Notes under the pieces: generated by a model | The model's input: only the letters and a program-made list of their open reading frames with translations | What the model was told of the DNA's origin: nothing | Databases searched by the model: none | Assembly (NCBI RefSeq): GCF_006345805.1 | Contig: NC_042998.1 | Span: 86,738,001-86,802,000, forward strand | Direction of reading: 5' to 3' | DNA: 64,000 nucleotides | DNA from: Octopus sinensis | Lineage: Eukaryota | Made by a program: the position numbers and the translations under genes | Part shown: positions 1 to 12,068 of the stretch, piece after piece | How positions within the stretch are numbered: position 1 is the stretch's first letter | Layout: every line of letters starts with the position of its first letter

Positions 1-153
1 CCCCACGGAGGGGGGAACACCAACGCGAAGTCCTCGCGCGAAGGCTGACTTCTTCAGTTAAACAACAATAAACAAAACAGGTAGACAGACAATATAGAAA
101 ACAGAGATAATACTATGAGAGCAAAAATATATAAACTTACTAATAAATGCAAT

Positions 154-1954
154 TAGCTTGGAGCCAGGTGATTTTATTATTACCCACAAGGGGCGAACAT
201 AGAGGGGACAATACAATCGGGGAACTTAAAATAAGAAAGCGAATGACAAGAAAAGGAAAAAATAAAAGTAAAAAATGACATATGAAAGAATATTTACAAT
301 GAGATGTAAATGCCCACTCGATCCCCGGAATCGAGAGGTTACATTTTCGTCACATATATTTCACAATATTTTCTTTTTTCTCTTCTTTCTTCTCTCTCTT
401 CTCACAATTCTATACATATTCCATGATAGCTTTCAATTCTCTAAAGTCCATCACTGAGCCCTCAGGCAGCCGCTCTCTCACTCGAACACTCGTGTAAAAC
501 GTTACACTCTCTCCGGCAGCTCTGAGGAACTCAGCGACTCTTTCTTCGGGGATTAGAGCAGTCTCCTGCCACTGATCGGTCATCCTGTTGACCCATATAT
601 GTCCCTCCGTATTACATGTCAAGTCTTTCATTTCAGGGCAGAAATGGAAGGTTACTAACTTGTAGAAGCAGTAATCTTGTTTCCGTCCTACGTTTTCCTT
701 CATTTTTCTTTTCGGGCTTATTTCTTCCTTGTTCTCCTCTCTTTGTTTCTCTCTTTCTCTCTTTTTGCCTTCTTTTCTTTCTCCTTCTTTCTCTTGTCTT
801 TTTGGTTCTTTGTCTGTTCTCTCTTTCTCTCGTGTTTTATGTTCCTTTTCTTTTTCTTTTTGTGTGCCGTCTTTTCTTTTCGTTTGATTCTGATCTCTCT
901 CTTGTTTTTTTCCTGTTGTTTCTTTTTTTTTTTTTTCCTGACTCTGTTTTGGTTCTATTTCTTTCTTTTCTTTTATTTCTTTTTCCTTCATTGACTTATT
1001 ATTTCCTTTCTCTTGTTGTTTTGTTTCCTTTTCTATGTTTTCTTTTTCATTTACCGTATTCTTCTTTTCTTCAAGTTCCTGCTCGCACTCCGCTACGAAT
1101 TCGTATAACGGGCACTCTTTTTTAATGTGCCCCCTTGTCCCGTACAAGTAACAGTTTGGTTTTCTTCCCTCTACAATTACACTGAGGGTTTTTTTCATCT
1201 TCAATTTCTATTCTGTAGGGGAACCTTTCAATGTCCTCTTTTGTGGCCATCAAACACAGTTCGACCCCATATCCTCTCCAGTTTACCGCGTTGGACTCCT
1301 TAAAGGATTCCACCTCCACTTCCTCTTCTGCTGCTCCTAGAATAGCTGTTGCCAGCCATTCTGTTTTCACTTCTGGGGGTATATTCGGGATTTTAACCCG
1401 GACCCCTCTTCTTCCCTTGTATGAGGGCCACATTATAAATTGTTCGGCTCTTAGTACAGTGGTAGCCAGTGAGGCTGCAATTTCTTCCGTTGCACATCTC
1501 ACCTCCACCGTACCAAATTTCTTGCCTCTACTCACGTAGGTTGATTTCCCCATTATGTCTCCCAGACATTTTTCGATTTCGGCTATCTCCACTCTTGCCA
1601 GTTTCTTCGTATTTTTGTCTTGGGTTCTATATGTCACTGTCTTGTTTTCTTTGTCCTCTTTTGCTTTCGCGGGGGGGGGTTAGCTTCACGCTATCACCCT
1701 CCCTTTTGAAGAGCTTTTCATATTCTTTGAGTTTACTCTTCTCAAAGAAAACATCCTTCACGATTATCGATGAATCATTATTTTTTTTTCCCGTGACCCC
1801 CGCGTAAGTCGCCATGACTAGAGGGTCAATTCACCTTCTTCGGAACGTTTCCACACGTGGAGGCAAACGCCTCGCGCGATAATAATCAATTTACACAGAA
1901 CAAAGTTTCACTGTCTAGTCACAGATAACAACACGTATAGCTTGGAGCCAGGTG
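154..1954 (-). mobile_element. ORF1-only retroelement bounded by 17-bp direct repeats TAGCTTGGAGCCAGGTG
   Basis: Identical 17-mer at 154-170 and 1938-1954. On the minus strand there is a ~120-nt leader, ORF1, a ~240-nt 3' UTR and AATAAA just before the second repeat. No RT or endonuclease ORF lies between the repeats. Confidence 0.6.
410..1815 (-). pseudogene. Tx1/L1-like non-LTR retrotransposon ORF1 (gag-like: RRM-type region, CCHC knuckle, K/E-rich linker), split by two +1 homopolymer frameshifts
   Basis: ORFs 1627..1815 (MATYAGVTG...), 1122..1637 (...RVKIPNIPPEVKTEWLATAIL...) and 410..1204 (...VEGRKPNCYLYGTRGHIKKECP...) join into one 467-aa frame if one base is removed from the G9 run at 1671-1679 and one from the T7 run at 1189-1195. 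The knuckle is C-x2-Y-x4-H-x4-C (second Cys altered). Confidence 0.75.
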
Positions 1955-2301
1955 TGAAAATCTTTTTTCTCTACATTGTATACTTTATAGACAATAGTCT
2001 TTCCTTTAATTTAATTTTTTATTATCCATCTGGACTATTCCATTTCTGCACGCTAATTTTATTTTTAATTTATTACCATTCATGTGAAACCACTTATTCA
2101 AGTTCAAATCATTGATGCAATTTTATACCAATTGCTATTTTTACTTTTGTTATGTTACGATTATATTATACTTCAGTTTGATTTTAATTATTACTTACTA
2201 CATATAATTAAATTGGTATTATTATTTTCATTGTTAAAGTGAAAGTGTCTGACATAAAATAGAGAAACATTTTGTTTCACTTTTAACATGTAATACTGAT
2301 A

Positions 2302-2638
2302 TAGTGGAGAAGATATGATATTACTATGGGCTCGCTCTAGTCAAGAAGTTGAACATTTTTTTGCCCATGAAACTACATGGACCCTAAGTAAGGCATGTGT
2401 AAAATTTGAATGGAATTGATTGTGTAGTTCTCAAGTTTTAGGGAATCGTAGTGGAGAAGATATGATATTGCTGTAGGCTCGCCCTAGGCAAAAAGTTCAA
2501 AATGCTTTTGCTGATGACACTCCCCGGACCCTAAGTAAGGCATGTGTAAAATTTGAATGAAATTGGTTGTGTAGTTCTCAAGTTTTAGGGAAACACACAG
2601 ACAGACAGACACACATTGTCAGTTTTTTATATATAAAG

Positions 2639-2640
<2 letters not shown>
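2302..2640 (+). mobile_element. Non-autonomous Helitron/Helentron-like (HINE-type) element end with two 147-bp tandem units
   Basis: TAGTGGAGAAGATATGATATT starts at 2302 and 2449. The element ends in ...ACAGACAGACAGACACACATTGTCAGTTTTTTATATATAAAGAT, resembling DINE/HINE 3' ends. Confidence 0.5.

Positions 2641-2730
<90 letters not shown>
2630..2730. repeat. (TA)n-(TG)n compound microsatellite
   Basis: Direct reading. Confidence 0.95.
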
Positions 2731-2732
<2 letters not shown>

Positions 2733-3184
2733 TATGATGTGGTTATACACATCTGGTGTGAAATGATAATATAAAAATAAATAGTTAGTTGTGGTTATCT
2801 TAAACTATCGCAGAAATATTCGTTAACACAGAATGCACTCTGTAAAACTTGAGCGTAGGTGTGATACTTGCTAGTCACTGTTAAACTACCAACTGTTAAA
2901 CCAACACGATCAAACTAACACTTGTCAAATACTACCTGACATTTCAATTAGTTCTTAATTATTGTTATAGATTAGTTCACCTTCTGTCATGTGGGTCTTT
3001 TCAGGTTTCTTCCATAACATTTCCCCTTTGATAGACTGCTTTGATGATGTATCTGGATATAATTATCATCATTTAACATCCAGTTTTTATGCCAGCATTT
3101 GTTGAATAGTTTGACAGGATCTGACAAGCCATAGGACTATGGTTTCTATGGCTGGATACCCTTCTTAACACCAGCAACTTTACA

Positions 3185-3360
<176 letters not shown>

Positions 3361-3538
3361 ACATCCATACACATTACTGTTTTAATAACCTTAATATTTT
3401 CATACTGGTCTGTTGTACAGTTTATCATACCACTATTTGTATCAGTTTCCTTTCTTTCCTCACCTGGGATGTGCAACGTACTAAAAGGAATGTTAGGAAA
3501 AATAGAAATGTAATACTGTGTACATAAATTATATTTTA

Positions 3539-3638
3539 NNNNNNNNNNNNNNNNNNNNNNNNNNNNNNNNNNNNNNNNNNNNNNNNNNNNNNNNNNNNNN
3601 NNNNNNNNNNNNNNNNNNNNNNNNNNNNNNNNNNNNNN
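3539..3638. other. Assembly gap (about 100 N)
   Basis: Run of N. Confidence 0.99.
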
Positions 3639-3682
3639 CAATGAATTGAAGATAAAGTAAAATAATTTAAACTTAATTTCAG

Positions 3683-3799
3683 GATGAAATGTTTACAGCA
3701 AATGCTTCTGTATGGATCCAAGTTAAGGATGTTCAAGATATGCCACCAGCATTTATACATTCCTGTTGTGTTGAGAAAATCAAGGAAAATTCAAACAAG
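3683..3799 (+). CDS. Cadherin gene, first exon in window (DEMFTANASVWIQVKDVQDMPPAF...KENSNK), phase 0-0
   Basis: tttcAG acceptor and GTaata donor, 117 nt open. Contains the DVQDMPPxF calcium-binding linker. Confidence 0.9.
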
Positions 3800-4817
3800 G
3801 TAATACATTACATTTCCAGTTCAGTTTTTATTGTTTATTGTTTTGGAGAGAAATAATTACAAAAACTGATTATCATTTAATGCCTGTTGTCCATGCTGGC
3901 ATGTGTTGGATGGTTTGACCAGGGCTGATAATCTAAGGTGTTGCATCAGAATCCTGTCTGATTTGGCATGGTTTCTACGGCTGGATGCCCTTCCTAACAC
4001 TGACACCTCTGAGAGTTTAGTGAGTGCTTTTATATGTCGCTGGCACAGGTACCAGTTGTGTGACACCAGTATTTTCCACGACTATGATTCCACTTGGTCT
4101 GATGGCTCTTCTCAAACACAGCATATTGCTAGGAATCTCAGTCACTAGTCATTACCTCTGTGAGATCCAACATTTGAAGTTCGTGCTTCACTACCTTGTC
4201 CCATGTCTTCTTTGGTCTACCTCTACCACAGATTCCATCTACAGTTAGAGATCAGCACTTCTTTACACAGCTGTACTTGTCCATGCACATCACATGACCA
4301 TACCCGTGCAGTTGTCTCTCTTGCACATCACATCTGATGACTTTTATGACTTACAAGACATCAACACTTTGTTGTACATGGACACTGACATTATACATCC
4401 GAGGAAGCATACTAGCTTCATTTCTTTCAAGCCCATGCATGTCCTCAGTAGTCACAGTCCATGTTTATCTATGTTTATGTATAAATTCATGTTTAATTGT
4501 TCTGTATGTATCTCTGCGTGTTTGTATATTATGCATACATGCCCACACCATCATTTGATCTTCACATTTCCATGCTTGCATTAGTTGGATGAAATTTATG
4601 GAGGTAGATTTTTTTTTTTTACAGCCAGATACTCTTCCTGATACCAACCTTCACCTTGTTTCCAAGTGAGGTGATATTCCCTGTGGCCAGACATGTATTT
4701 CTGTCGAAGACTGGAAACAACTACATGGCTTGTATGATGGTGTTGATCATTTACAATCTTCATGTGATGTCAGGACAAGGGTATACACATACACACATAC
4801 ACACACATGAAGAAACG

Positions 4818-4879
<62 letters not shown>

Positions 4880-5349
4880 ATATAATGGTCTTCTTTCAGT
4901 TCCCATCTACCAAATCCACTCACAAGGCTTTGGTTAGCCTTTGACAACTGTAGAAGACACTTGCCTTAGATGCCACAACATAGAACTCGACCCAAAACCA
5001 CATGATTGGGAAGCATGCATCTTAGCCACATCACCATGTTTGTGCCTATATATCTATACATACATGCACATACACAGCCATGTCTGTGCATACACACACA
5101 CACACACAGATAAGTTTATGTGGGTGTGGGTGTGAGTGCATGTCTACATATATCTATGTATATATGTTTATATATATATACCTGGGTATTTTCTGTGTGT
5201 GTTTATGTCTTTATGCATATGTATGTCTATATGTGCTGTATATATCTGTGCATGTGTATATATCTATGTTTACCATTCAATATATGTGAAAGTGGTTATT
5301 GTGCATATATGTTGGTACATGTTTGAGTGAGTATGTATATCTTGGCGTG

Positions 5350-5380
<31 letters not shown>

Positions 5381-5408
5381 GATATATATATGATATATGT
5401 ATATATGA

Positions 5409-5441
<33 letters not shown>

Positions 5442-5483
5442 GATATATATATATATATGATATATATATATACATATATATAT

Positions 5484-5950
5484 CTACTATATATATGGAA
5501 ATCTGTGGGTGTGTTCGTTTGTGGCGTTGTTATCTAACGCCTCCTACATCATTTTATTGATTTTGACGAAACTTGAAACGTAAGTAGAACTCAAGTCTGG
5601 AAAATTAGTTACATACTTAGATTGTTGAAAAATATCGACAATAGGGCCCCTGGAAGGCTTTCTTATATCTACTATATATAACTAATATATTATTTTTAAA
5701 CATCTAAGGAAAATGACCCATTTGCTCCTGAAACGTAGCCTTATATATAACCAAGGGAAATAACCCATTCATGTTTGTAGATTTTTTCGTATAAATGAAA
5801 TTGAGTATGTTTATTTCTTAGTATTTGAACTATTTGTGTTATTTTCGCAATTTATCCAGTACAACTCTTAAAAAAATAATTAGTATTTTCCTAAACAAGA
5901 GATTTACTTATTTCAGTTAGTGATTTATTCACGAATATACCAACACTAGC
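5484..5950 (+). mobile_element. Small Helitron-like non-autonomous element
   Basis: Begins TCTACTATATATA (repeated near 5668) and ends near ...CAACACTAG. Confidence 0.4.
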
Positions 5951-6089
5951 ACTGCTGAGGGTAATATTCTTGTGAATGCACAAAAACATTTTTCAGAGTT
6001 ATTTAATTTGAATTGTTATTATCTCATATCTGATTAGCCTGTTATTATGTAACATGCTTCATGATTTTAGTATACATGATGTTCTAACA

Positions 6090-6900
6090 GCAAAAGCAAT
6101 GCCTGGTTCTTTCTTGCAACCCTCAGGTCTTCCACTCCAGCAAAAGGTTTAACCACCTGTGAGTTCAGAATATTGACCTTCACTGAGCAGTTGTGTTTCA
6201 GACAAGGCAACAATATTTTGCTATATCTATCCAGCTACTTGGCTATAACTGCAGATCATTTTCGAGGAAATGTTTCTGCTGACTCAACATCTAACAATGT
6301 GCGGATGTTCCAACAACCAATGTTTAGTGGTTTAAACCTCCTCCCTCTTCTCCTTGCTGTAGCATGATGATGACCAGGCACACACCATGGTGCCATGGGA
6401 CATCTGCCAGAGCAGACCCCATCACATGTTCCAGAGCCCTTATTGCCATTTACATCAGTACAATTTCTACTTGGCATTTGAATGATTGTCTTTTAAGGTT
6501 TCAACCAGCCATTTTTGTGATAGGTTTTACTTTTTGAAGTGATATCTGTGCATGATAATTTTTATAATGGGGAAAGGATTTTCAGAAATCCAATCCCATT
6601 CTCTGAATATGGACAACATAAACTCGAAAATAAGAACTAGTCTACATCATAGAATATTATCAGTGTCACAGGTTTTCTCTGAGTTTCCCTCTCCCAGAGA
6701 GATGCTGTTACAACAGAGGGGCCTCCCAGTGGGCCAACCATGTACCTGGACACCAACCCAGGTATTTCCCTGTTCCCACATATACATACATGCATACATA
6801 CACATTTCTTTTTTCTCCTGCAGGGTGTCCAACAATTGCCCTCCTCACCAAGCAAGCTTGATGGGTTTGCCAATTTAGTTGCTGATGACCCAATCATGCA
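6090..6900 (-). mobile_element. RTE-clade LINE 5' fragment (APE endonuclease N-terminus)
   Basis: ORF 6256..6477 ends RRFKPLNIGCWNIRTLLD, matching the RTE 'igtWNvRTL' endonuclease start. Degenerate downstream. Confidence 0.7.
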
Positions 6901-7019
6901 ATAGGTTGTACTGTGTTACATGTTACCATTAATGCCCAAGAGCAATCTGACATACGTACATACATACATACATACATACATACATACATACATACATACA
7001 TACATACATACATACAAAC

Positions 7020-7760
7020 AACTGGGAACTTCCACAGAAACAGTGAAAGAAGAAATGAAGGTGGTAGAGGCCTGAAATCAGTTCAGACAGCCTTCGAATG
7101 CTGTGTGGTTTCACTCAGGTACCACCTGTTGAACAATAGCAGCAAAAATAAATGTATAAATGAGGTGCTGAAAGGTGAAGTGAGCAAAATTGTATGAATT
7201 GGCAGTGAGCTGCTCAAGAAGCACTCTCTCCCTGATGATCTCGTATACAGCCCCAAAACAGCTGGGCTCTCTTACCTCAGAGAAGACCTGGGTTGAAAGC
7301 ACTCAGTATAGAAAAAAAAGGACCATGCATGGGTATGAAGAAGACAGTAGAATTGACATGAAGTGCAGCCACTCTTGGACACAAGACCACTACATCACAT
7401 CACTTTGAAGGCTATGCATTTGCAATCCAGGAACAGGAGATTGCCACAAACTACCTGATGAACAAGAGAGACAGTGATGCTCTTGTAATCCCCAGGTGCA
7501 ACTGCATGTGTAGGCTATGTTATGTTTCTGTGGAAGACATCTCGCATGTGATTAGCAGCTGTCTTAAAATGTCATCACAGAACTACCTCCCTATGCAACA
7601 TGATGTTGCAAAAACAATTTACAATGCCATTAGCAAGAAAGACTGTCCCGAAATAAACTTAGAAAATACCTCTGCTAAGGAATACATTCATAAACACGAA
7701 CTCAAGAAATACTTGTGGAATATTCCCATCAAAACTTCTGTCAAATGTAAACATAACATA
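7020..7760 (+). mobile_element. R4/Dong-like (RLE) non-LTR retrotransposon fragment
   Basis: GGRGLKSV motif, AFAIQEQEIATNYL, and CRLC...EDISHVISSC zinc-knuckle region in ORF 7458..7805. Confidence 0.75.
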
Positions 7761-7817
7761 TTTACATTTGATGGATATTTGTCATCATCTTGTTCTCATT
7801 CCTAAGATTTTTTTCAT

Positions 7818-8035
7818 TCTTCTTCTTCTTCTTCTTCTTCTTCTTCTTCTTCTTCTTCTTCTTCTTCTCCTTCTTCCTCCTCCTCCTTCTTCTTCTTCTT
7901 CTTCTACTACTTCTTCTCTTCTTCTTCTTCTTCTTCTTCTTCTTCTCCTTCTTCCTCCTCCTCCTCCTCCTCCTCCTCCTCCTTCTTCTTCTTCTTCTTC
8001 TTCTTCTCCTTCTTCTTCTTCTTCTTCTTCTTCAA
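7818..8035. repeat. (TTC)n/(CTC)n trinucleotide polypyrimidine tract
   Basis: Direct reading, about 215 bp. Confidence 0.95.
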
Positions 8036-8131
8036 GTCACTGCCTGAAATCGAACTCAGAATCTTGGGGTTAAAGGCCCATGCTCTTAACCACTATGCAA
8101 TATGCCCACGGGCATATGGCGTAGTGGTTAA
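8035..8131 (-). mobile_element. tRNA-derived SINE head (minus) abutting a truncated plus-strand head
   Basis: Minus strand reads GGGCATATTGCATAGTGGTTAAG...GAGTTCGATTTCAGG (A/B-box-like). A plus-strand GGGCATATGGCGTAGTGGTTAA starts at 8110. Confidence 0.6.
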
Positions 8132-8983
8132 TCACTTATTTTCCCAAAGTACAGGTATATTTCAAAATGTTCTCTCTCTATGCACTTGCGGAGGAAAACA
8201 CAAGCACATTGCCATTGATTTGAATGAAACTTACATCAATGAAAGTATCCTTTTCTTCCCTCTTTTTAAAGCCTAGGATCTTTATCTCTATTGAAAAGAA
8301 ACCCATATATATTACTAATGATGCTTTTTTGGTTTAGCCTCCAGTCATCCCCAGTTCAACAGACCTATGAGCAAAGCCATGACCATTCTATCTTAACTTC
8401 AGAAGTAGTGTATCTTGGACTGGTTTACAGGGTGGTAGCACTAGGTAATGATATGTATAAATACAAAGTTATTACGAGTTCAAATATGCTTGGTACACAT
8501 TCGAACCCATAAAAAAGCCTTTCACTCTACTTGGTGATGGAGAATATTTCTCACTGTAGACAAATGGCGTAAATACACCAAATTCATCTTGCAGTGCCTA
8601 CAGCAAGAAATTTTCTCAATGACAAAACAGAATGAATAGCTTTCTTATTGGTTCAAATGTGCTCCAAGTATATTTGAGTTGGTAATAACTTGGACTAGTT
8701 TATCTAATGTCTCTTTCCATTTTTTGTAAGATGTTAGAGTGAAATTTGAAGGTTATTAGGTTGTTATTTCTTTCAGGCCAAATGATAAGGTTGGGATTGT
8801 CATCTCTTTTGTTTGCTTATGGCTTGGATAATGGGAAAAGTATCAATTTAAGAAATTTTGATTTTTTCCTTAGTAACATTTTGCACCTTCACAAAAACTC
8901 AGAGGAAACCATTATTATAACCTTTTATTACATTTTGAAATTATTTTTGCTATTTAATCACTTCAGTTATTTTTATTTCACAG

Positions 8984-9062
8984 GGAACTCTCATCACTAC
9001 AGTGACAGCTGAAGATCAAGACAGAGGCATACCGAATGATATTGGTTATGAAATTATTAATG
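8984..9062 (+). CDS. Cadherin exon (GTLITTVTAEDQDRGIPNDIGYEIIN), phase 0-1
   Basis: cAG/GTataa boundaries, 79 nt, AxDxD motif. Confidence 0.9.
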
Positions 9063-9159
9063 GTATAATTTCCATGATTTATTCTCTAAATCTTGAAATA
9101 AAACAAAATGCAATACTGTGCTTGATTCATTCAAAGAATTTAGTATATATGTACATATA

Positions 9160-11090
9160 TACTAAATGTATCATATAAGTAAGGATGCCAGTGAAACCTG
9201 CCTTAGATACCAGGACAAACAATGTAACAGAATATGGAGAATTTATGATAAAGGAAACAGAACAAAGACGTGGTGCAAGACAGATACATTTCAAGGGATG
9301 ATGTTTGTAGAGACTATACTATGTAGGGAGTTAGTCAGGAGGTTTAGGAAGGCTCTGAGGAACACCAAACTTAATATTGAGCTTGTTGAGAAATCAGGTC
9401 CTTTGACAAGACCACTTGCTGCAGCATGACCTGCGTGGTATTTATCTTTAGCCCCAGTATTAACTGTAAGACCAAAGAATGTGGTTTGCATCATAAAGTG
9501 CATGGAGGAGGATTGGATTGTAAGAACTGGAATACAACATACATCTGGGAGACTTCTAGGAATTTACAAGAAGCTATCAGACATTAACACAGGTTCTTGT
9601 CATCCAGCCATCGTTTTCAAGAAACTGGTAAAGGACATCAGCAGAAGAATATCTAGTCTATCTTCAAAGAAAGAGATTTTTTATGCTGCCATCCGATACT
9701 ACAGTGAAGCTCTGGCTGCCAGTGGTTTCAAGGATAGGATTAGTTACATGCCAGAACTTAGTCCCACCAAGAGAAAGCGCCAGTGGAAAGTGTTGTGGCT
9801 CAAATAATCCTTCTCTTTAAAGGTTAAAACCTGAGTAGGTAAGATTTTTCTTGGCTTAGTTGATAAAGACTTCCCCCATACAAGTAGATTCAGCAAAATA
9901 TTCAATAGGCATATCCTAAGAATTTTCTCTAGCTGTGCACCTAGTATAAAAACGATTTTATTAAATAGGCCCACACCCAAGACAGGCAGGATGCTCATAG
10001 AGGTATAACACAACATGGCCACTGCATGGCTGCTGCAACACGGAGACTGTCATATATGAGGCAGAAGTAACAGTCAAAGGACCTAATGAGCAACCAGACA
10101 TTTGAAAATATGTAGGAGCAACCAAAGGCCCCTTCAGAACCCTCTTTTGCAATCATAAGTCCTCTTTCAACATCTCGGAGACATACCATCCCAACCCTGG
10201 CCAAGCACATTTGGTGTTTGAAAGAAAATGCCTCCAAATATAGTATAGATCTAAGAGAAATGTAAACCATACTTTAATAGCAGCAAGAAGTGCAGTTTAT
10301 GTCTGGCTGAGAAAAGAGGGATTTTAAAGAGCACCCAACACCCAGGCTTTTCCCTGAATAACAGAAACGAAGTGTCTAATCCTTGCCCACATGAAAGGAA
10401 GTACATCCTATCATACCTGTCTGTCCCATTATGCCTACTGTCACCAGTCCCCCAGCCTCGACTTTCCACCAATACTCTAACTAAGAATTTGACCAGAACA
10501 TTCACAAATTCACCCACATACAAACACACACACTCCAACATGGCAAACACCTAACAAACAGACCATTTCCCACCAACTCCAATATAAGCCTCACCATCAA
10601 TTGTACCCCTACATACACTGCATGCACACATAAGCCCCCACGACCTTAACCAGTACAGAAAGAAAATGCACCGGCAAACACAGTAATGGATGCCTAGACC
10701 CCCCTTCAAAAGTTATACATACTATACCACTACACATATCCCACTCCCACAAGAACACCAACCTGAAAGACGAACACAATTTCCACAGACACTTCATGAT
10801 GGCTCTTTCTGACTTACAGCATAACCAGCCATGTGGTGATGACTCAGTACCAATGGACTATACTTTTAACTAAATCCCCTACTTGGTTTGTTTCATGGTC
10901 TTTTCACAGCAACCACAAACCAAATGTGTCCTTTCACCTCCAACAATAGAGAGCATTCATCATATTTCATCCTATAGTAGCTACCTCTGATGAGCATAGG
11001 GTTTTATAATTGGATTGTTACCTAACATTCAATTGTACCTTTAGCTGATTGGCAAGATTGGCTATGGTGGTTATATAATATTGTACACTT
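9160..11090 (+). mobile_element. Penelope-like element remnants (RT C-terminus, GIY-YIG endonuclease, 3' pseudo-LTR region)
   Basis: Degenerate IVFKKLVKDISRRISSLSS..., IYEAEV...YVGAT GIY-YIG-type motif and CSLCLAEK. The tail is homologous to 49200-49660. Confidence 0.7.
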
Positions 11091-11113
11091 CAGATATTTT
11101 ATATGTTTGTGTG

Positions 11114-11161
<48 letters not shown>

Positions 11162-11167
11162 TGTGTA

Positions 11168-12068
11168 TTGGGTCATCCCATAGATAATATGGTTTGTTTA
11201 TACTTCTTTTATTTTCAAAATTAATATAAGTTCTTTTTTAATCTAAAACATACTTTCCTTGATTTTCTATAATGTTCTTCCAACTATATAGTAGATTTGC
11301 AATGCTCCTTTACTAAAATTCACTTGTCTGTGATGAAAAATACTCCTCTAGTACTGTTTTGACCTTGTCTACAGAATTCATATTATTTCTGTCCAAATGA
11401 TTTTGAAAACTGCTGAATAAATGATAATCAGATGATGCAGTGTCTGGTGAATATGGTGGGTGGGACATCTTTTCCCATTCAAACTACTCTAGCATTTGGA
11501 ATGTCATCTGAGCATTATCCTGATGGGAGAACACCTTTTGTCTTGAAACAAATGATGGTCACTTGTCTTCTGGTGCTGACTTAAACGACTAGTTGAATGA
11601 CTAAATCCAAGCTCTTCTGTTCGTTCCTCAACTGTTACGATAGGATTTAGTTCCCCCAGGGTTTCCCAGATGTCCTCATTGAGCTCTACAGATCTTCCAG
11701 AATGAAGCACGTCTTCTAGGCTGTAGTTCCTAGCCCAGAATTTCTGGCATCACCGTTGACACTGGCTTATGCATATTGTCCGATCCCTATATATGCATTA
11801 ATATTCCTCATATTTTCTGTTGCACTGTGCCTTTATTGAACTCATAAAGCAAACTATGCCAAATATGCTCCTTTGTCACTTCCATTATCGCTTTGAAAAG
11901 ATAACTGTTAAAATCGAAGTTCACTCTTCAAAACTTGCACTAAGAATAAGGACAAGGTAAAATTACTACCAGCTTTTATAACAAGTTGATGCAGGTAGTT
12001 TATCTTATCCCTCTGTGACTTTTAGCTCATGCAATTGAAAAACTGCATTATTTATGGAATGACCCAAT
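11168..12068 (-). mobile_element. Internally deleted mariner transposon
   Basis: TIRs TTGGGTCATCCCATAGATAAT (11168) and ATTTATGGAATGACCCAA (~12051-12068). Minus-strand HSGRSVEL... and HPPYSPDTASSDYHLF motifs. Confidence 0.8.

Noticed and set aside
616-1125. Long hydrophobic F/L/S-rich plus-strand ORFs (616..1125, 677..994)
   Set aside because: Antisense shadow of the K/E-rich linker of the retroelement ORF1, not a membrane protein.
2302-2594. Possible CRISPR-like repeat-spacer pattern (also 55303-55579)
   Set aside because: Whole units are homologous with no unique spacers, the context is eukaryotic, and there are no cas genes.
7768-8073. Poly-Leu/Pro/Ser/Phe ORFs
   Set aside because: Translation of the (TTC)n/(CTC)n tract.
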